A stretch of 64,000 nucleotides of DNA, taken from NCBI GenBank assembly GCA_951406725.2, contig OX597820.1, forward strand, positions 19,902,001-19,966,000. Reading direction: 5' to 3'. The stretch's first letter is position 1; every line of letters starts with the position of its first letter. The notes under the pieces are model-generated. The model was not told the origin of the DNA. It did no database searches and was given only the letters and a program-made list of their open reading frames with translations. Positions 41,333-55,499 of the stretch are shown piece after piece. Origin of the DNA: Octopus vulgaris. Lineage: Eukaryota. The position numbers and the translations under genes were made by a program.

Positions 41333-44300
41333 TTGTGTGTCTGTGTTTGTCCCCCCAACATCACTTGGCAACCGATGGTGGTGTGTTTACATCCTCGTAA
41401 CTTAGCGGTTTGGCAAAAGAGACTGATAGAATAAGAACTAGGCTTACAAAGAATAAGACCTGGGGGTCGATTTGCTCAAATACAGGCGGTGCTCCAGCAT
41501 GGCCACAGTCAAATGACTGAAACAAGTAAAAGAGTAAACAACACATATCTTACCATGAAGTTATAATCATTTTCAACATTCAAATGAGCATAATTCCATT
41601 GGTTTTCTTGAGAGCCTCGCTTAGTCCAGATTAATACTTTACGACCGAATTTTGTCATGTATACATTCAAAGTACCTATGTTGGATCCATACATATAGTA
41701 CCAGAAAGACATGCAGTTGCCACCAGTTGATGTCGGTGCCAAAAGTGTTGTGTGTATCATAGCATTGCTGCCTTTTTTACTCTGGAAACTTTTGATATAG
41801 ATATATGACCCTACAAAAGTGAAATAAACAATGAGAAAATGAAATATAACGAACTTTATTTATATATTACAGTAGAGTATATGAAAATGTGTATGTAATT
41901 ATGTTACTCATTTGTGAATGAAATTGATGGGTAACAACGCTTGGTACTACAGCCTGGTGTTACAGCAAGCAAATGCTGGCCTCTACAAATGCAGCTGGAC
42001 TCAATAAATGCAACTGGCCCTAATAAATGCAGCTGGCCTAAATAAATGAAGCCAGCCTCTACCAGTGCAGCTGGCCCCTACAAGTGCAGTTGGTCCCTAC
42101 AATTGTAGCTGGTCTCTACAAGTGTAGCAGGTCTCTACTAGTGCAGCTGGCTTCTACAAGTGCAGCTGACTTCTACAAGTGCAGCTAGCCCTACATGTGC
42201 AGCTTTCTACCAGTGAAGCTGGCCTCTTCAAGTGCAGCTGGTCATTATAAATGCAGGTGATATCTACAAGTGCAGCTGATCTCTACAAGTGCAGCTAGTG
42301 TCTATCAGTGTAGCTAGTATCTATGAATGCAGCTGCTGGTCTCTACAATTGCAGCTGGTCTCTATGAGTGCAGCTGGTCTCTACCAGTGCAGCTGGTCTC
42401 TGCAAGTGCAGCTGGTCTCTGCAAGTGCAGCTGGTCTCTACAAGTTTAAGTGACCTCTACAAGTGCAGTTGACTCTGATAAATGCAGTTAGTTTCTATTG
42501 ACAGATGGCAATAGCCTCAATGGCAAATACTGCCTGCTTCTACAAGTGCAACTGACTTCTCTGACAAGTGCAGCTGACCTAAGGAAAGGTTCTGACTCAC
42601 ATCTTTATCCATTTTAGCAGATTTTTCCTTTTGTAATGAAACTTTTCAGAATGTTTAATTTGTCTGAAGAGGGACAAAATTGTGACTCTATTAATTAACT
42701 CATCTCATTAATTGATAAATCTAAGGAGGAAGTATAGTGCAATAACCTTTTCAGACCTTCCGACCATATTGAAAAAGAATGGCTTGGTGATGTCAATTCA
42801 TTCTTGCATGTTAGTCTTTAGAAGAAAAACATGGGTGGTTGTAAAGTGTTATGATGTAGGTATACACGTCTGGTGTAAAATGGTATTACACAAATAAATA
42901 GTTTGTTGTGGTTATCTAAAAATAACCTATCACAGAAATATATGTTAACACAGCACACACTCCATACTACTTGAATGTAGGTACAATATTCAGTATCCAC
43001 TGTTCAAATACCGACTGTTAAACCAACACACGGTCAAACTAACACCATCAACTACCCCTGCTGACAATTCACTCAGTTCTTATTTATTGTAATCTGTTAG
43101 TCCACATTCAGTTATGTGGGGGTGTTCAGGATTCTCCCATAGCAAAAAGTAATTCAGATTTCAGGAAAATTATAGTATATGAATTGATGTAGGTCAGATA
43201 AATCACTTACTGGAAAGTAATAAAAAAAAAAGCCAAAGTTTTATTTTGAATTAAGTTCTTAGTGCTTAAAAAAATAAAAAAAAATAATGGAAAATATAAG
43301 AATTCACCTGATCCTGTACGTGGTTTAATACGTTTATAATATCCAGCCAGAGTCCAGTTAAAATCTGATTTTGAATCAAGATACCATTGGCAGAAGCTCA
43401 TGTCAAAAGAACAAGACACCTCCTGGAGTTCTGTACAAAGAAAGAAGGGAATTTAAAATTTGGAAAAAAAAAGTCATCTGTTTTGGTTTTCAAAGGAATG
43501 GTAATCATCATCATTATCATCATCATCACCATTTAACATCTGTTGTCCATGTTTGTTGTTTGTTCTTTCTCAAGCCATGCCTGGCTCATAAGGGCCGGTT
43601 TCCCGTTTTCCTTGGTGTATAGGTTCCCCACCGGGACAGGATGCCAGTCTGTCGCAGGTGAGCTGCGAGATGCAGGAGGAAAGAGTGAGAGAAAGTTGTG
43701 GCTAAAGAGTCAGCAGAAGTTCACCATTACCTTCTACCGGAGCTGTATGGAGCTTAGGTGTTTCGCTCATACACACACACACATCGCCCGGTCTGAGATT
43801 TGAACCGACGATCCCTCGACCACGAGTCTGCTGCTCTAACCACTAGGCCATGTGCCTCCACTGTTGCTCATGTTGGCATGAATTGGATGGTTTGACCAGG
43901 GCTGGCAAGTTGAGGGGCTGCACAGACTCCAGTCTGATTCAACATGGTTTCTATAGCTGGATGTCCTTCCTACAGCCAACCTCTCTGAGAGTGTAATATT
44001 TTTCTAAATAATTATAAGGAATATTCTATTTCCTCGGGTGATGATTCACTGCTAATATTGTTTAATTGGTGTATTTTGTTCGTTTTCTTTTGTTTTTTTT
44101 TAATGTTTTTATAATGTTGTACAACTGATATTCTTTGGATGGGTATAGACATGCTTTAAAATCTTTTTTAATTGAATCACAAGCACTGGACTGTGGTCAG
44201 GCTGGGGCACTGCCTTGAAGGATTTTAGTTGAACAAATTGAGCCCAAGACTTATTGTCCTCTTTAAATCTGGCACTTATTCTGTTGGTCTCTTTTGCTAA

Positions 44301-47300
44301 CCTAAGTTACTAGGATATCAACAAACCAACACAGGTTGTTAAGCAGTATGTGGGGGACAAACAGACACAAAACATACACACAAACACACTCACACACACC
44401 TATCTGTCTGTCTGTCTAAACATGAAGGGCTTCCACACAGTTTTCATCAGCCAGATTCACTCACAAGGCAAGTCAGCTTGGGCCTATTGTAAAAGATGCT
44501 TGCCCAAGGTGATGTGTTGTGGGACTGAACCCAAAGTCATGTGGTTGTAAAAGTGAGCTTCTTAACCACACAGCCGTTAATATTCACATGCTCCACCATG
44601 AATCCAAAATTTATAGAAACTAGTCTCATTACAGCAGAATATGTTTCAAATCATTTCTAGATGAAATGAAATATCCATCGTCTGTGACAGAACTGCCATA
44701 ATAGTGAAACATAGACACTGATAAAGAAATTATCAAATGGGATAAATGGATGCTACACAAGGATGCTACGAATGGCCCTGAATGTGAAATGTCACCACCA
44801 CCACCACTACCACCATCATCATTATCACCATCATCATTTAATGTTCCCTTTCCATGCTAGCATGAGTGGGACGGTTTCACAAGAGACAGCCAGGCAGAAG
44901 CCTGCACCAGACTTCTGATTGTTTTAGCAGGATCTTTACAGCTGGATGCTCTTCCTAATACCAAACACTCAGCAGAGTGGACTTAGTGCTTTTTACATGG
45001 TCCGAGCACAGGAGAGGTCAGTAGCGCTTTCCACATGGTACAAGCACAGGTGAGAACAGTTTTGGCAAGGTTTTTACAGCTAGATGCCCTTCCGAACACC
45101 AATCACTTTACAGTGTAGACTGGGTGCTTTTAGGTGGTCCCTGCACTGATAGGGTCACCAAGTACTTGCAAAAAAAAAAAAAAAAAAAAAGAAGCTACAT
45201 ATGAAAAATGAATGCTTTCATGGAGACCTGTTGAAAGTTAGTGAGAAGATCAAGCAAAAATGGCTGTGACAATCTGGTCACTGCATACGCCACCGTGAAT
45301 TGAAGGCACTGAAATTAGTTTTGTAGAACCCACTTTATGGTGATGTAAGGAGAGTAAAACATTATCACACCTATATTGATAACCTCTATTATGCCCAGGA
45401 TATTAATCATCTGGAAGCCGTTCAGTGACGTGCAACCAAGATAATACCCTCCATCAGGTATTTGCCATATTCTGAACGCCTTACTTCCCTGGGCATGGAT
45501 ACATTGAAACTCCGACATCTGGTAGCTGACTTGGCAGACACCCATAAAATTATTAACCATCTTACAAACAATAACTCTGAGCACCTTTTCAAGCTCCACC
45601 TGTCTAACACCCGTGGACATGTTTACAAAGTCAGGAAATAGCACAGCTCCCATGACTTTCGGAAACATTTTTTCACGCTAAGAGTTGCTGAAGCATGGAA
45701 CAAATTACCAGCATCAGCTGTTAGTTGTCGGAGCACTGCATCCTTCAAAACTTCCATGCTTCCTGAGATTCGCCAACACTACACCTGATTTTCTCCCCTC
45801 CATACACACGCAAGCATGTATCTGACTCATACACTGTTCACTTTCCAGACATTTGTACATTACTGCATATGCTTTATATGCACTATTGACAAGTTGTGGT
45901 GCACCTGAGCACTGTATACAATAATTTCATTATATTAAGTTGATTGCAGACAATGGTCTAGAATGTATCCAGGACCCTGTGGCAATGATGATGAATATTA
46001 CCTCCCTTGCTAGTAAGTAAATTGCTGTTAAATTGTCCAGTGAATAAGGCTTACCTGATTTTTGTGGATCGGCATAGATTGGTTTGATTGAACAGGATTC
46101 TTGAGAAATAGAAATATCATCTATAGCAATGTCTCCATAACTTCCATTCCCTCGAATTGCTTCAAAAATTAACTGGAAAAAAGAAGAATTAAAAAATTTT
46201 AAATACACTGACTTATCTTATTTTTTTATTGAAGTAAAATCACATCATTAATTAATACACCATTGATTATAAGACCAGCAAGAAGCTCATTAACCCATTA
46301 GCATTCAAATTATTTTGTCAAATATATTGCTAATTTATTCAAATTGTTTTAAATTTATTATTCACTATCAGGTGTCTTGGGGAAATTTTGAACCTGAGTT
46401 CTCATTCCTAAGGTATTTTTCAATGTTGTTATTATTATTATTATTATTATTATCATTATTATCATTATCATTATTATTATTCAGATCACTGCTTGGAATC
46501 GAACTCAGAATCTTGGGGTTCGTAGCCTGTGCTCTTAACCACTACACCATATGCCCGTGGCGTAGTGGTTAACAGCACGGGCTACTCACCCCAAGATTCT
46601 GAGTTCTATTCCAAGCAGTGACCTGAACAATAACAATAATAATAATAATAATAGCAACAAAAAATACCTTAGGAATGAGAACCCAGGATCGAAATTTCCC
46701 CAAGGCACCTGAAAAAGGCTGGAGGGTATATCAGCCGAAACATTGTGTTAATAACAAACAAGATGAGGACAAATATCCGTCGAATGTAAATTCATTTTAT
46801 TTGGTTAAAATGTTCAACTTGAGTAAGATAGATAAAAAAATAAGTCTGTATTTATAGCAAATGACTGTCTCCCAGTTTTCAACACAGATAGCGCACAATG
46901 CATCTGGTGTGGAATTTTAAAAGATTAGCCACGCCAGTGTTTTCTGGCATAAGATCTGGTCATCAAATCTAAGTAGAGATTTCAAACTTAAAATCTTCAA
47001 AGCCACAGTTGAACCAATTCAACTATATGGCTCAGAAACCTGGACATTATCAAAGAAGCTTGAGAGGCGGTTGGATGGAACTTACACTCGCCTCCTTATG
47101 AAAGCTCAAAATCTCTCGTGGAAGCGTCATCCAACCAAAGTACAAATATATGGGAAATTACCACCTGTATCATCTCTTGTGAAAGGTAGAAGAGTCCAGT
47201 TTGCTGGACATTGTTGTAGAGCTGAAAACGAGGTAATTTCTACTCTTCTCCTCTGGAAGCCATCTGCTCGCGATACCAGAGGGCGCACACTCTCCTACCC

Positions 47301-50300
47301 TGATGTAATCTTTAGGGATACAGGCATCCAGCAACAGGGCCTCCATAATGCTATGATGGACTGTGAAGTCTGGTGTAACATAGTAAATTCCATTGTCTTG
47401 ACCACGGTTGAATAATGATGATGATGATGTTTTCTGGGTTTTTGTTGAATGATGGAGAATGAGAGGAAAGTAAAGATAAAGAATAGAGATAGAAGTGTTG
47501 GCCTCAAGGGGATTTGCAGAAAAGTGTGTGAATTGTGAAAATGGCTTGTAGTGGCACAAGCAGTCAGCGCCATATTGGATGAGATCTTGCGACAGCTATT
47601 GCCTTCTCCGAGATTGGAGCGAGACTTCACCTGCATCCATTTGCCATGTGCGAGATCACAACAAGGCTTGCAATGGAAAACTGTATATAAGGGAAAACTC
47701 GATTCAGACTTGCCTCTTTTGGTGCCACTTCACAGCAGTGCTGGCTGAATACCTATTTCTTTATTACCCACAAGGGGCTAAACACAGAGGGGACAAACAA
47801 GGACAGACATAGGTATTAAGTCGATTACATCGACCTCAGTGCGTAACTGGTACTTAATTTATCGACCCTGAAAGGATGAAAGGCAAAGTCGACCTCGGCG
47901 GAATTTGAACTCACAACGTAACGGCAGACGAAATACCTCTAAGCATTTCGCCCGGTGTGCTAACGTTTCTGCCAGCTCGCCGTGCTGGCTGAATACCACA
48001 ACTGGCTGGGCCTGTCTGCATGTTATACCTCCAGAGGCAATTTGCGGCCCGCACTATCGGAGCTACTACACAACGCACACAGCTAAAGATGGTTGCTGAG
48101 AGCAGCACACTTCACCTATGCTGTGAAACTTGTAAATAAAACCATTTGTAAATAGCATTTGTACTTGAAGTCATCTCTCTTCGCCTGTCAGAAGCCTGAA
48201 CTATATGAAAAACCAAAAGATGATGGAAGAAGACGATATTCTTCTGATATTGTAAACCTTGCCTTCCATTATAAGCTTAAATGAAAAGAGTGGAGGCGCA
48301 ATGGCCCAGTGGTTAGGGCAGCAGACTCGCTGTCGTAGGATCGCGGTTTCGATTCCCAGACCGGGCATTGTGAGTGTTTATTGAGCGAAAACACCTAAAG
48401 CTTCATGGGGCTCCTGCAGGGGGTGGTGGTGAATCCTGCTGTACTCTTTCACCACAACTTTCTCTCACTCTTTCTTCCTGTTTCTGTTGTACCTGTATTT
48501 CAAAGGGCCAGCCTTGTCACACTCTGTGTCACGCTGAATCTCCTCGAGAACTACGTTAAGGGTACACGTGTCTGTGGAGTGCTCAGCCACTTGCACGTTA
48601 ATTCCACGAGCAAGCTGTTTCGTTGATCGTATCAGCTGGGACCCTCATCGTCATAACCGACGGAGTGCTCCTTTTTTTTATATGAAAAGACTTATATTGA
48701 GTATGTGGCTGTAGGCTGAAGAAAACAGCTAAGAGGGGAAGAGGGAGAGAGAGAGTGTGAGAGAAACGAGATAGGGAGAGAGAGGGAGAGAGAGGGAGTG
48801 AGAGGGAGAGAGAGAGTACTTGACCTTGACAGTCAGGGTGATCCTGGATTTAGGGAGTTCTCTGTGTGGAATTACTATGATTTATATAACAATGGTGCCA
48901 AGTTTTGGTGGAGAGAAGAAGAAGAAGAAGAAGAAGAAGAAGAAGAAGAAGAAGAAGGGATGATGATGACAATGATGATGATGGTGATACTGGTGATGGT
49001 GATGATGATGGTGGTGGTGGTGATAATGGTGGTGTGATGATGATGATGATAGTAGTGATGGTAATGATGAGAACAACAATGATGACGATGACAATGATGA
49101 TGACGACGATGATGATGATGATACTCATGATAATAAGATGGAAGAAGAAGAAGAAGGTAATGATCTTGATGACGATGATGATGACGATGACGATGATGAT
49201 GATGATGACGATGATGATGATGATGACGAATGATAAAGATGAAAGATATATTCTGATGTTGAAAGTTTTAGAAAATGAAGCAACTTTACCTGATGACTCA
49301 TGCCAGTGTATTTCGGATCTATATACACTTGAGCACTAAACCATTTCTGTCCCTGGTTGCCATTCACAGTCCAAATGAAGGCAGCATCATAGTGGCGCAA
49401 AAAGCCAAAAGACTTTCGCACCAAAACATTCAAAGCATTTACATCCTTTCCATACATCTGGTACCAGAATTTCAAGCAGCCTGGTTTCTTATTTGCTGAT
49501 AAATGCTCACTGAGAAGGTGAGCTACATCTCCTGGACGAATTGGGCTGCTAGAGTCTATGTACATATAGTGTCCTTTAGCGTTGTTATAGGTGTGGTCAT
49601 ATATAGGACCAGTCTGATCTGTTAAGGTGAGTCCTTGACCGATAACCCAATCAAAGTCATCCAGCTTGTCATTTCTCCAATTGCAGGGACCATTTTCAAA
49701 ATCACAGAAACCTGAGTAGTTGAAAAAAATATTTTATATATGTGTATATAAAATAGTGGAATTATATAATTAGAAAAGGGTTAAAAATATTTTAATTACC
49801 AATAAAATAAACTAAGCACCTGTTCATTCATACACATCTTATGGTTCAATCAAAGAGTATGTGAGGAAAGATTGGCCAGTGTCATCATTGAAATGTCAAC
49901 ATTTGCATGTTTGCATGCTTTGTTTGTTCCTTCTTGAGCAACACCTGGCTCATAAAGGCCGGTTCTCCGGTTTCCTTGGCATATAGGTTCCCCACCTGGA
50001 CGGCACGCCGGTCCATCACAGGTGAGCTGTAAGATGCAGGAGGAAAGAGTGAGAGAAAGTTGTGGCGAAAGAGTTCGCCATTACCTTATGCCAGAGCCGA
50101 GTGGAGCTTAGGTGTTTCACTCATAGACACATACATTGCCTGGTCTGAGATTCGAACCCACGATCCCTTGACCGCGAGTTTGCTGCTCTAACAACTAGGC
50201 CATGTGCCTCCACGTGAGCTTGCATAGGTCTGATGGAATTCATTAAAGCAGATTTTTCTATAGCCAGATGCTCTTTCTGTTGGTAACTTTTTCCAAGTAA

Positions 50301-50452
50301 GATAATATTCTAGTTTTCCTAGGCCTGGCATGTTTTCATGGAAGACTAGAAGTGAATGCCACCATTTGTGTGATGGGGACTCTCGCTTACAACCATGTGA
50401 TGTCAAGACAAAGAGGCACAACTCCCCCCCATTATATATATGTATGTATGTA

Positions 50453-50530
<78 letters not shown>

Positions 50531-50848
50531 GAGGCGCAATGGCCCAGTGGTTAGGGCAGCGGACTCGCGGTTGGAGAATCGTGGTTTCGATTCCCAGACT
50601 GGGCATTGTGTGTGTTTATTGAGCGAAAACACCTAAAAGCAGCACGAGGCTCTGGCAGGGGGTGGTGGGGACCCCTGTTGTACTCTTTCACCACAACTTT
50701 CTCTCGCTCTCTCTTCTTGTTTCTTGAGTAATGCTGTGGTGGACTGGTGTCCCGTCCAGCTGGGGGGATCACATACGCCACAGAAACTGGGGAACCGGGC
50801 CCATGAGCCTGGCTAGGCTCGAAAAGGGCAACGAAGATGAACGGACAG

Positions 50849-50927
<79 letters not shown>

Positions 50928-53900
50928 ACAGTCTTCTTTCAGTTGCTGTCTGCTGAATTCACTTACAAGGCTTTGGTCAGCTTACAGCCATAACAGAAGA
51001 TCCTTTCCAAGGGTACCATGCAGTGGAACTAGATGCAAAGCTATGAGCACATATTGCATTTACAAATTACATCTAATTACATTTTACTGATGGACAATGC
51101 TGCTCGTATCTCTGCAGATGACCTGGATTTCATCCCCATTGCCAGAGCACAACTTGTGCACTCAGCTCACTCTGAAGAAATTAACAATGCTGGTGCCACG
51201 TAAAATGTACTGGTGCTGGAGCCACATAAAAAGTACTAGTGCTCATGCCATGTAAAAAACACTGTTGCTGGTTCCATATAAAAAGTACTGGTGCTGGAGC
51301 CACATAAAAAGTACTAGTGCTCATGCCATGTAAAAAACACTGTTGCTGGTTCCATATAAAAAGTACTGGTGCTGGAGCCACATAAAAAAGTACTAGTGCT
51401 CATGCCACGTAAAAAACACTGTTGCTGGTTCCATATAAAAAGTACTGGTGCCGGAGCCATGAAAAAAGTACAGGCATTGGACATCACATAAAAGCACTGG
51501 TGATGGTGGCAAGTACAAAGTACCGGTGCTGGTGTCACATAAAGAGTACTGGTGATGGTGTCACGAAAAGTACTGGTGTTGGAGCCACATAAAAAGTGCT
51601 GGTGCTGGCACCATGTAAAAACACTGTTGCTGGTGCCATGTAAAAAGTACTGGTGCCGGAGCCATGTAAAAAGCACTGGCGTTGGTGTCACATAAAAGCA
51701 CTGGTGATGGTGCCATGTAAAAAACACTATTGCCGGAGCCATGTAAAAAGCACTGGTGATGGAACCATGTAAAAAGCACTGGCGTTGGTGTCACATAAAA
51801 GCACTGGTGATGGTGCCATGTAAAAAGCACTATTGCCGGAGCCATGTAAAAAGCACTGGTGATGGAACCATGTAAAAAGCACTGGCGTTGGTGTCACATA
51901 ATAAGCAAACCAAAAAATAAAACAAAACAGAATAAAAAAAAATGTACCTGGTGTTTGACATGATCCATTGGTTTGGAAAACATCATCAATGGCAATGTCA
52001 CCTCTAAAGCCTTTTCCTGATATTCCTTCAAATATGACCTGAGGAAAATATATCAAAAGAAGAGGGATATGAATGGAATATTTTAAAGGTTTTCTATTTT
52101 GGCACAGGGCCAGCAATTTTTAAGGAAGTGGTTAAGTTGATTACATTGACCAGTGTCGAAGTGGTATTTATTCTATGAAGGCGGCGAGCTGGCAGAAATG
52201 TTAGCATGCCAGGCGAAATGCTTAACAGTATTTCGTCTGTCTTTACGTTCTGAGTTCAAATTCCACCGAGGTCAACTTAGCCTTTCATCCCTTCGGGGTT
52301 GATAAATTAAGTACCATTTATGCACAGGGGTCGATGTAATCGACTTAATCCCTTTGTCTGTCCTTGTTTGTCCACTCTGTGTGTAGCCCCTTGTGGGTAG
52401 TAAAGAAATAGGTATTTATTTTATCAACCCTGAAAGGATGAAAGGCTAAGTTGACCTTGGTAGAATTTGTCCCCAGAATACAAAGAGCTGGAAGAGACTA
52501 AGAATTTCGCTAAGCATTTTGTCCAACAGGCAAATGATTCTACCAGCTCTCCACCTAATGGAAAAATATAATTTTGTTTCTTTCTACTCTAGGTACAAGG
52601 CTTGAAATTTTGCAGGAGGGGGCTGGTCGATTACACTGATCCCAATGGTGAACTGGTACTTATTTTACCAACCCTGAAAAGATGAAAGGCAAAGTCAACC
52701 TTGGTGGAATTTGTCCCTAGAATACAAAGGGCTAAAAGAAATGCTGCTAAGCATTTTGTCCAACTTGCAAACAATTCTATCGGTACTCCACCTTATGGAA
52801 AAATATAATTCTATTTATTTCTATACGCACAGGGCCTGAAATTTTGGTGAAGGGGGTTAGCCAGTTACAACTCCAATGTTCAACAGGCACTTATTTCATG
52901 GGTCCTGAAAAAATTAAAGGCAAAGTCGATCTCCCCTAAATTTGAACCCAGAACATGAAGAAGGGGTACAAATGCTGTTAAGCATTTGTCTGACTTGTTA
53001 ACGCTTCTACCTGTTTGCTACCTTATGAAAAATACAAGGAAAAAGTAAAACACCAAGGAAAGGAAGACATTCAAGTGAAGACAATATCTTAGTCTCCTAA
53101 AGCAGTGAGCTGGCAGAAATGTTAGCACGCCAGGCAAAATGCTTAGCTGTATTTCGTCTGTCGCTATGTTCTGAGTTCAAATTCCGCTGAGGTCGACTTT
53201 GCCTTTCATCCTTTCAGGCTCAATAAATAAAGTACCAGTTTCACACTGGTGTCGATGAAAACGACTTAATCCCTTTGTCTGTCCTTGTTTGTTCCCTCTA
53301 TGTTTAGCCCCTTGTGAGCAGTAAAGAAATAAATATCTTAGTCTCTTTAGGCAGTGAGCTGGCAGAAATGTTAGCATGCTGGGCAAAATGCTTAGCAGTA
53401 TTTCATCTGCCATTACGTTCTGAGTTCAAATTCTGCTGAGGTTAACTTTGCCTTTCATCCTTTCGGGGTTGATAAATTAAGTACCAGTTGCATACTAGGG
53501 TCGATCTAATTGACTGGCCCTTGCTCTCCAAAAATTTCAGGCCTTGAATCTAGAGTAGAAAACTATATCTAAGTCTCTTTTCAATCATGGTTAACTATGG
53601 ATTTTGTGGTTTTGCTCCTGGAAAGTTCTTCACCATGGCATAGATTTGGATAAGGGTGTTTTGTGGAGATTAGGGGTTCTTAGTCTTCCTTGTTCTATGG
53701 CCCAGCTCAAGTCCCATGAAAATGGTAATGCCAATGCAACTTAGCACACGTGTTATTGCACAGGTACCACATTCAGAACACAAAGAACTGGAACAGATAC
53801 CTCAAGACATTCTGTTTAATGTTTAAATAGTTCTGTCTATCCCAAACCCTCCCAGATTGGTGCTTTTTGTTTTATCACCCACCAAAATAATAAAAGTTAA

Positions 53901-55424
53901 TGTTGGTCTCAGCAGGAACCCAGAGTATAAGGAATTGGAATCAAGACACAGAGTTGAAAATTTTTGGTAAGTGTATTTCACTTTTAGAAATGAGATTTTG
54001 AGACATTTGTAGTTATGGTGGTAGTCGTAGTGGTTGTGGTGGTGATGGTGGTGGTGGTGGTGGTGGTAGTGGATGGGTCAAAATGGATTAGTGATGGAGG
54101 TATTGGAATGACAGCTCATGGGTTGTGAGTGCAAATAAGTCAATACATTTGTTTGTGTCCCATAACAAGACCTTCGAACTGATGCACACCTTCATCACTC
54201 TCACAGCTGAGAACAGGGCACCAATTGTTCATAGAATATTATTTGTAATAGCTGGCCATCTTATCATGTCAAAATCTGGACTTAAAATCTCGAGAGATGA
54301 AACTAAATTCAAAAACACATTTTGTCCATCATTCTTCTATGTCAATTTTCCCTTTAAACTTATAGCAGACAAATAATATTGCTTATAGCTTACCGTATAG
54401 TTACCATGTGCAGCAAGTGTTACTGTGCCTTCAATCCAATTAGGGCCTTGGGAATGTTCCATGTTCCACAGTGGGGATTTTAATTCATCAAATTGGTTTC
54501 CAAACGCCTGATATATATTTAGTGTATTGATATCTTCACCATACATAAAATAATAGAAATGTAAGCACGTTGGTGTGTCAGTATGATACATAGGACTAAT
54601 CAGCTGGGCTGTTTGGTTCACTTTCTTGGATGAGGTTTCAATGTAGAAATAATGTCCTGATGGAGTTCCCATGGTGTGATCCGCAGTTGGCCCGGTTCCT
54701 GAGCTTTGTGTCCTTCCATGGTGCCAGGTCCATTCAAAGTCAGCGTTCTTGTTATGAGTATAATTACATTTGTCCTCTGATTCAAAATCACAGAATGTTG
54801 GGTTATCTGGATAAGGAAATAAAAGTTTTATCTCAGCTTTCTTGAAATAAACTCTGGCTTTATACAAACACACACACATACTTGTATATGATGTCTCGTG
54901 AAATTATGGGAGGAAATCTCATAAAACTCAACAATTTAGTTAAAAATGGAGAAGAGAAGATGTTAAAATATATAACAGAATTGAAATTCTCTTATACATT
55001 TTAACATTTTCTCTTCTTTATTTTTAACAAAATTGTTGAGTTTTCTGGGATTTCTTTTCGTAATTTCACACCAGATATACAAGTATTATTTTCATATTTG
55101 CAAATTTACACAAATAAGCTACCAGCAAAATATGAAGAATCACTATTAGAAATCTATTTTGGAAACCTTCAAATTAAAGGACGAATCTAATTCAACCTTT
55201 ATACACACAAACACACACACACACACACACATGTATATATGTGCAGGTGGCATGTAAAAAGCACCCACTACACTCACGGAGTGGTTGGCGTTAGGAAGGG
55301 CATCCAGCCGTAGAAACACTGCCAGATCTGACTGGGCCTGACGAAGCCTTCCAGCTTCACAGACCCCAGTTGAACCGTCCAACCCATGCTAGCATGGAAA
55401 GCGGACGCTAAATGATGATGATGA

Positions 55425-55499
<75 letters not shown>

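Noticed and set aside
46559-46627. tRNA gene candidates (also SINE heads at 19200, 48290, 50528 and 59629)
   Set aside because: No proper acceptor stem, and each continues into a repeat body; these are tRNA-derived heads, not tRNA genes.
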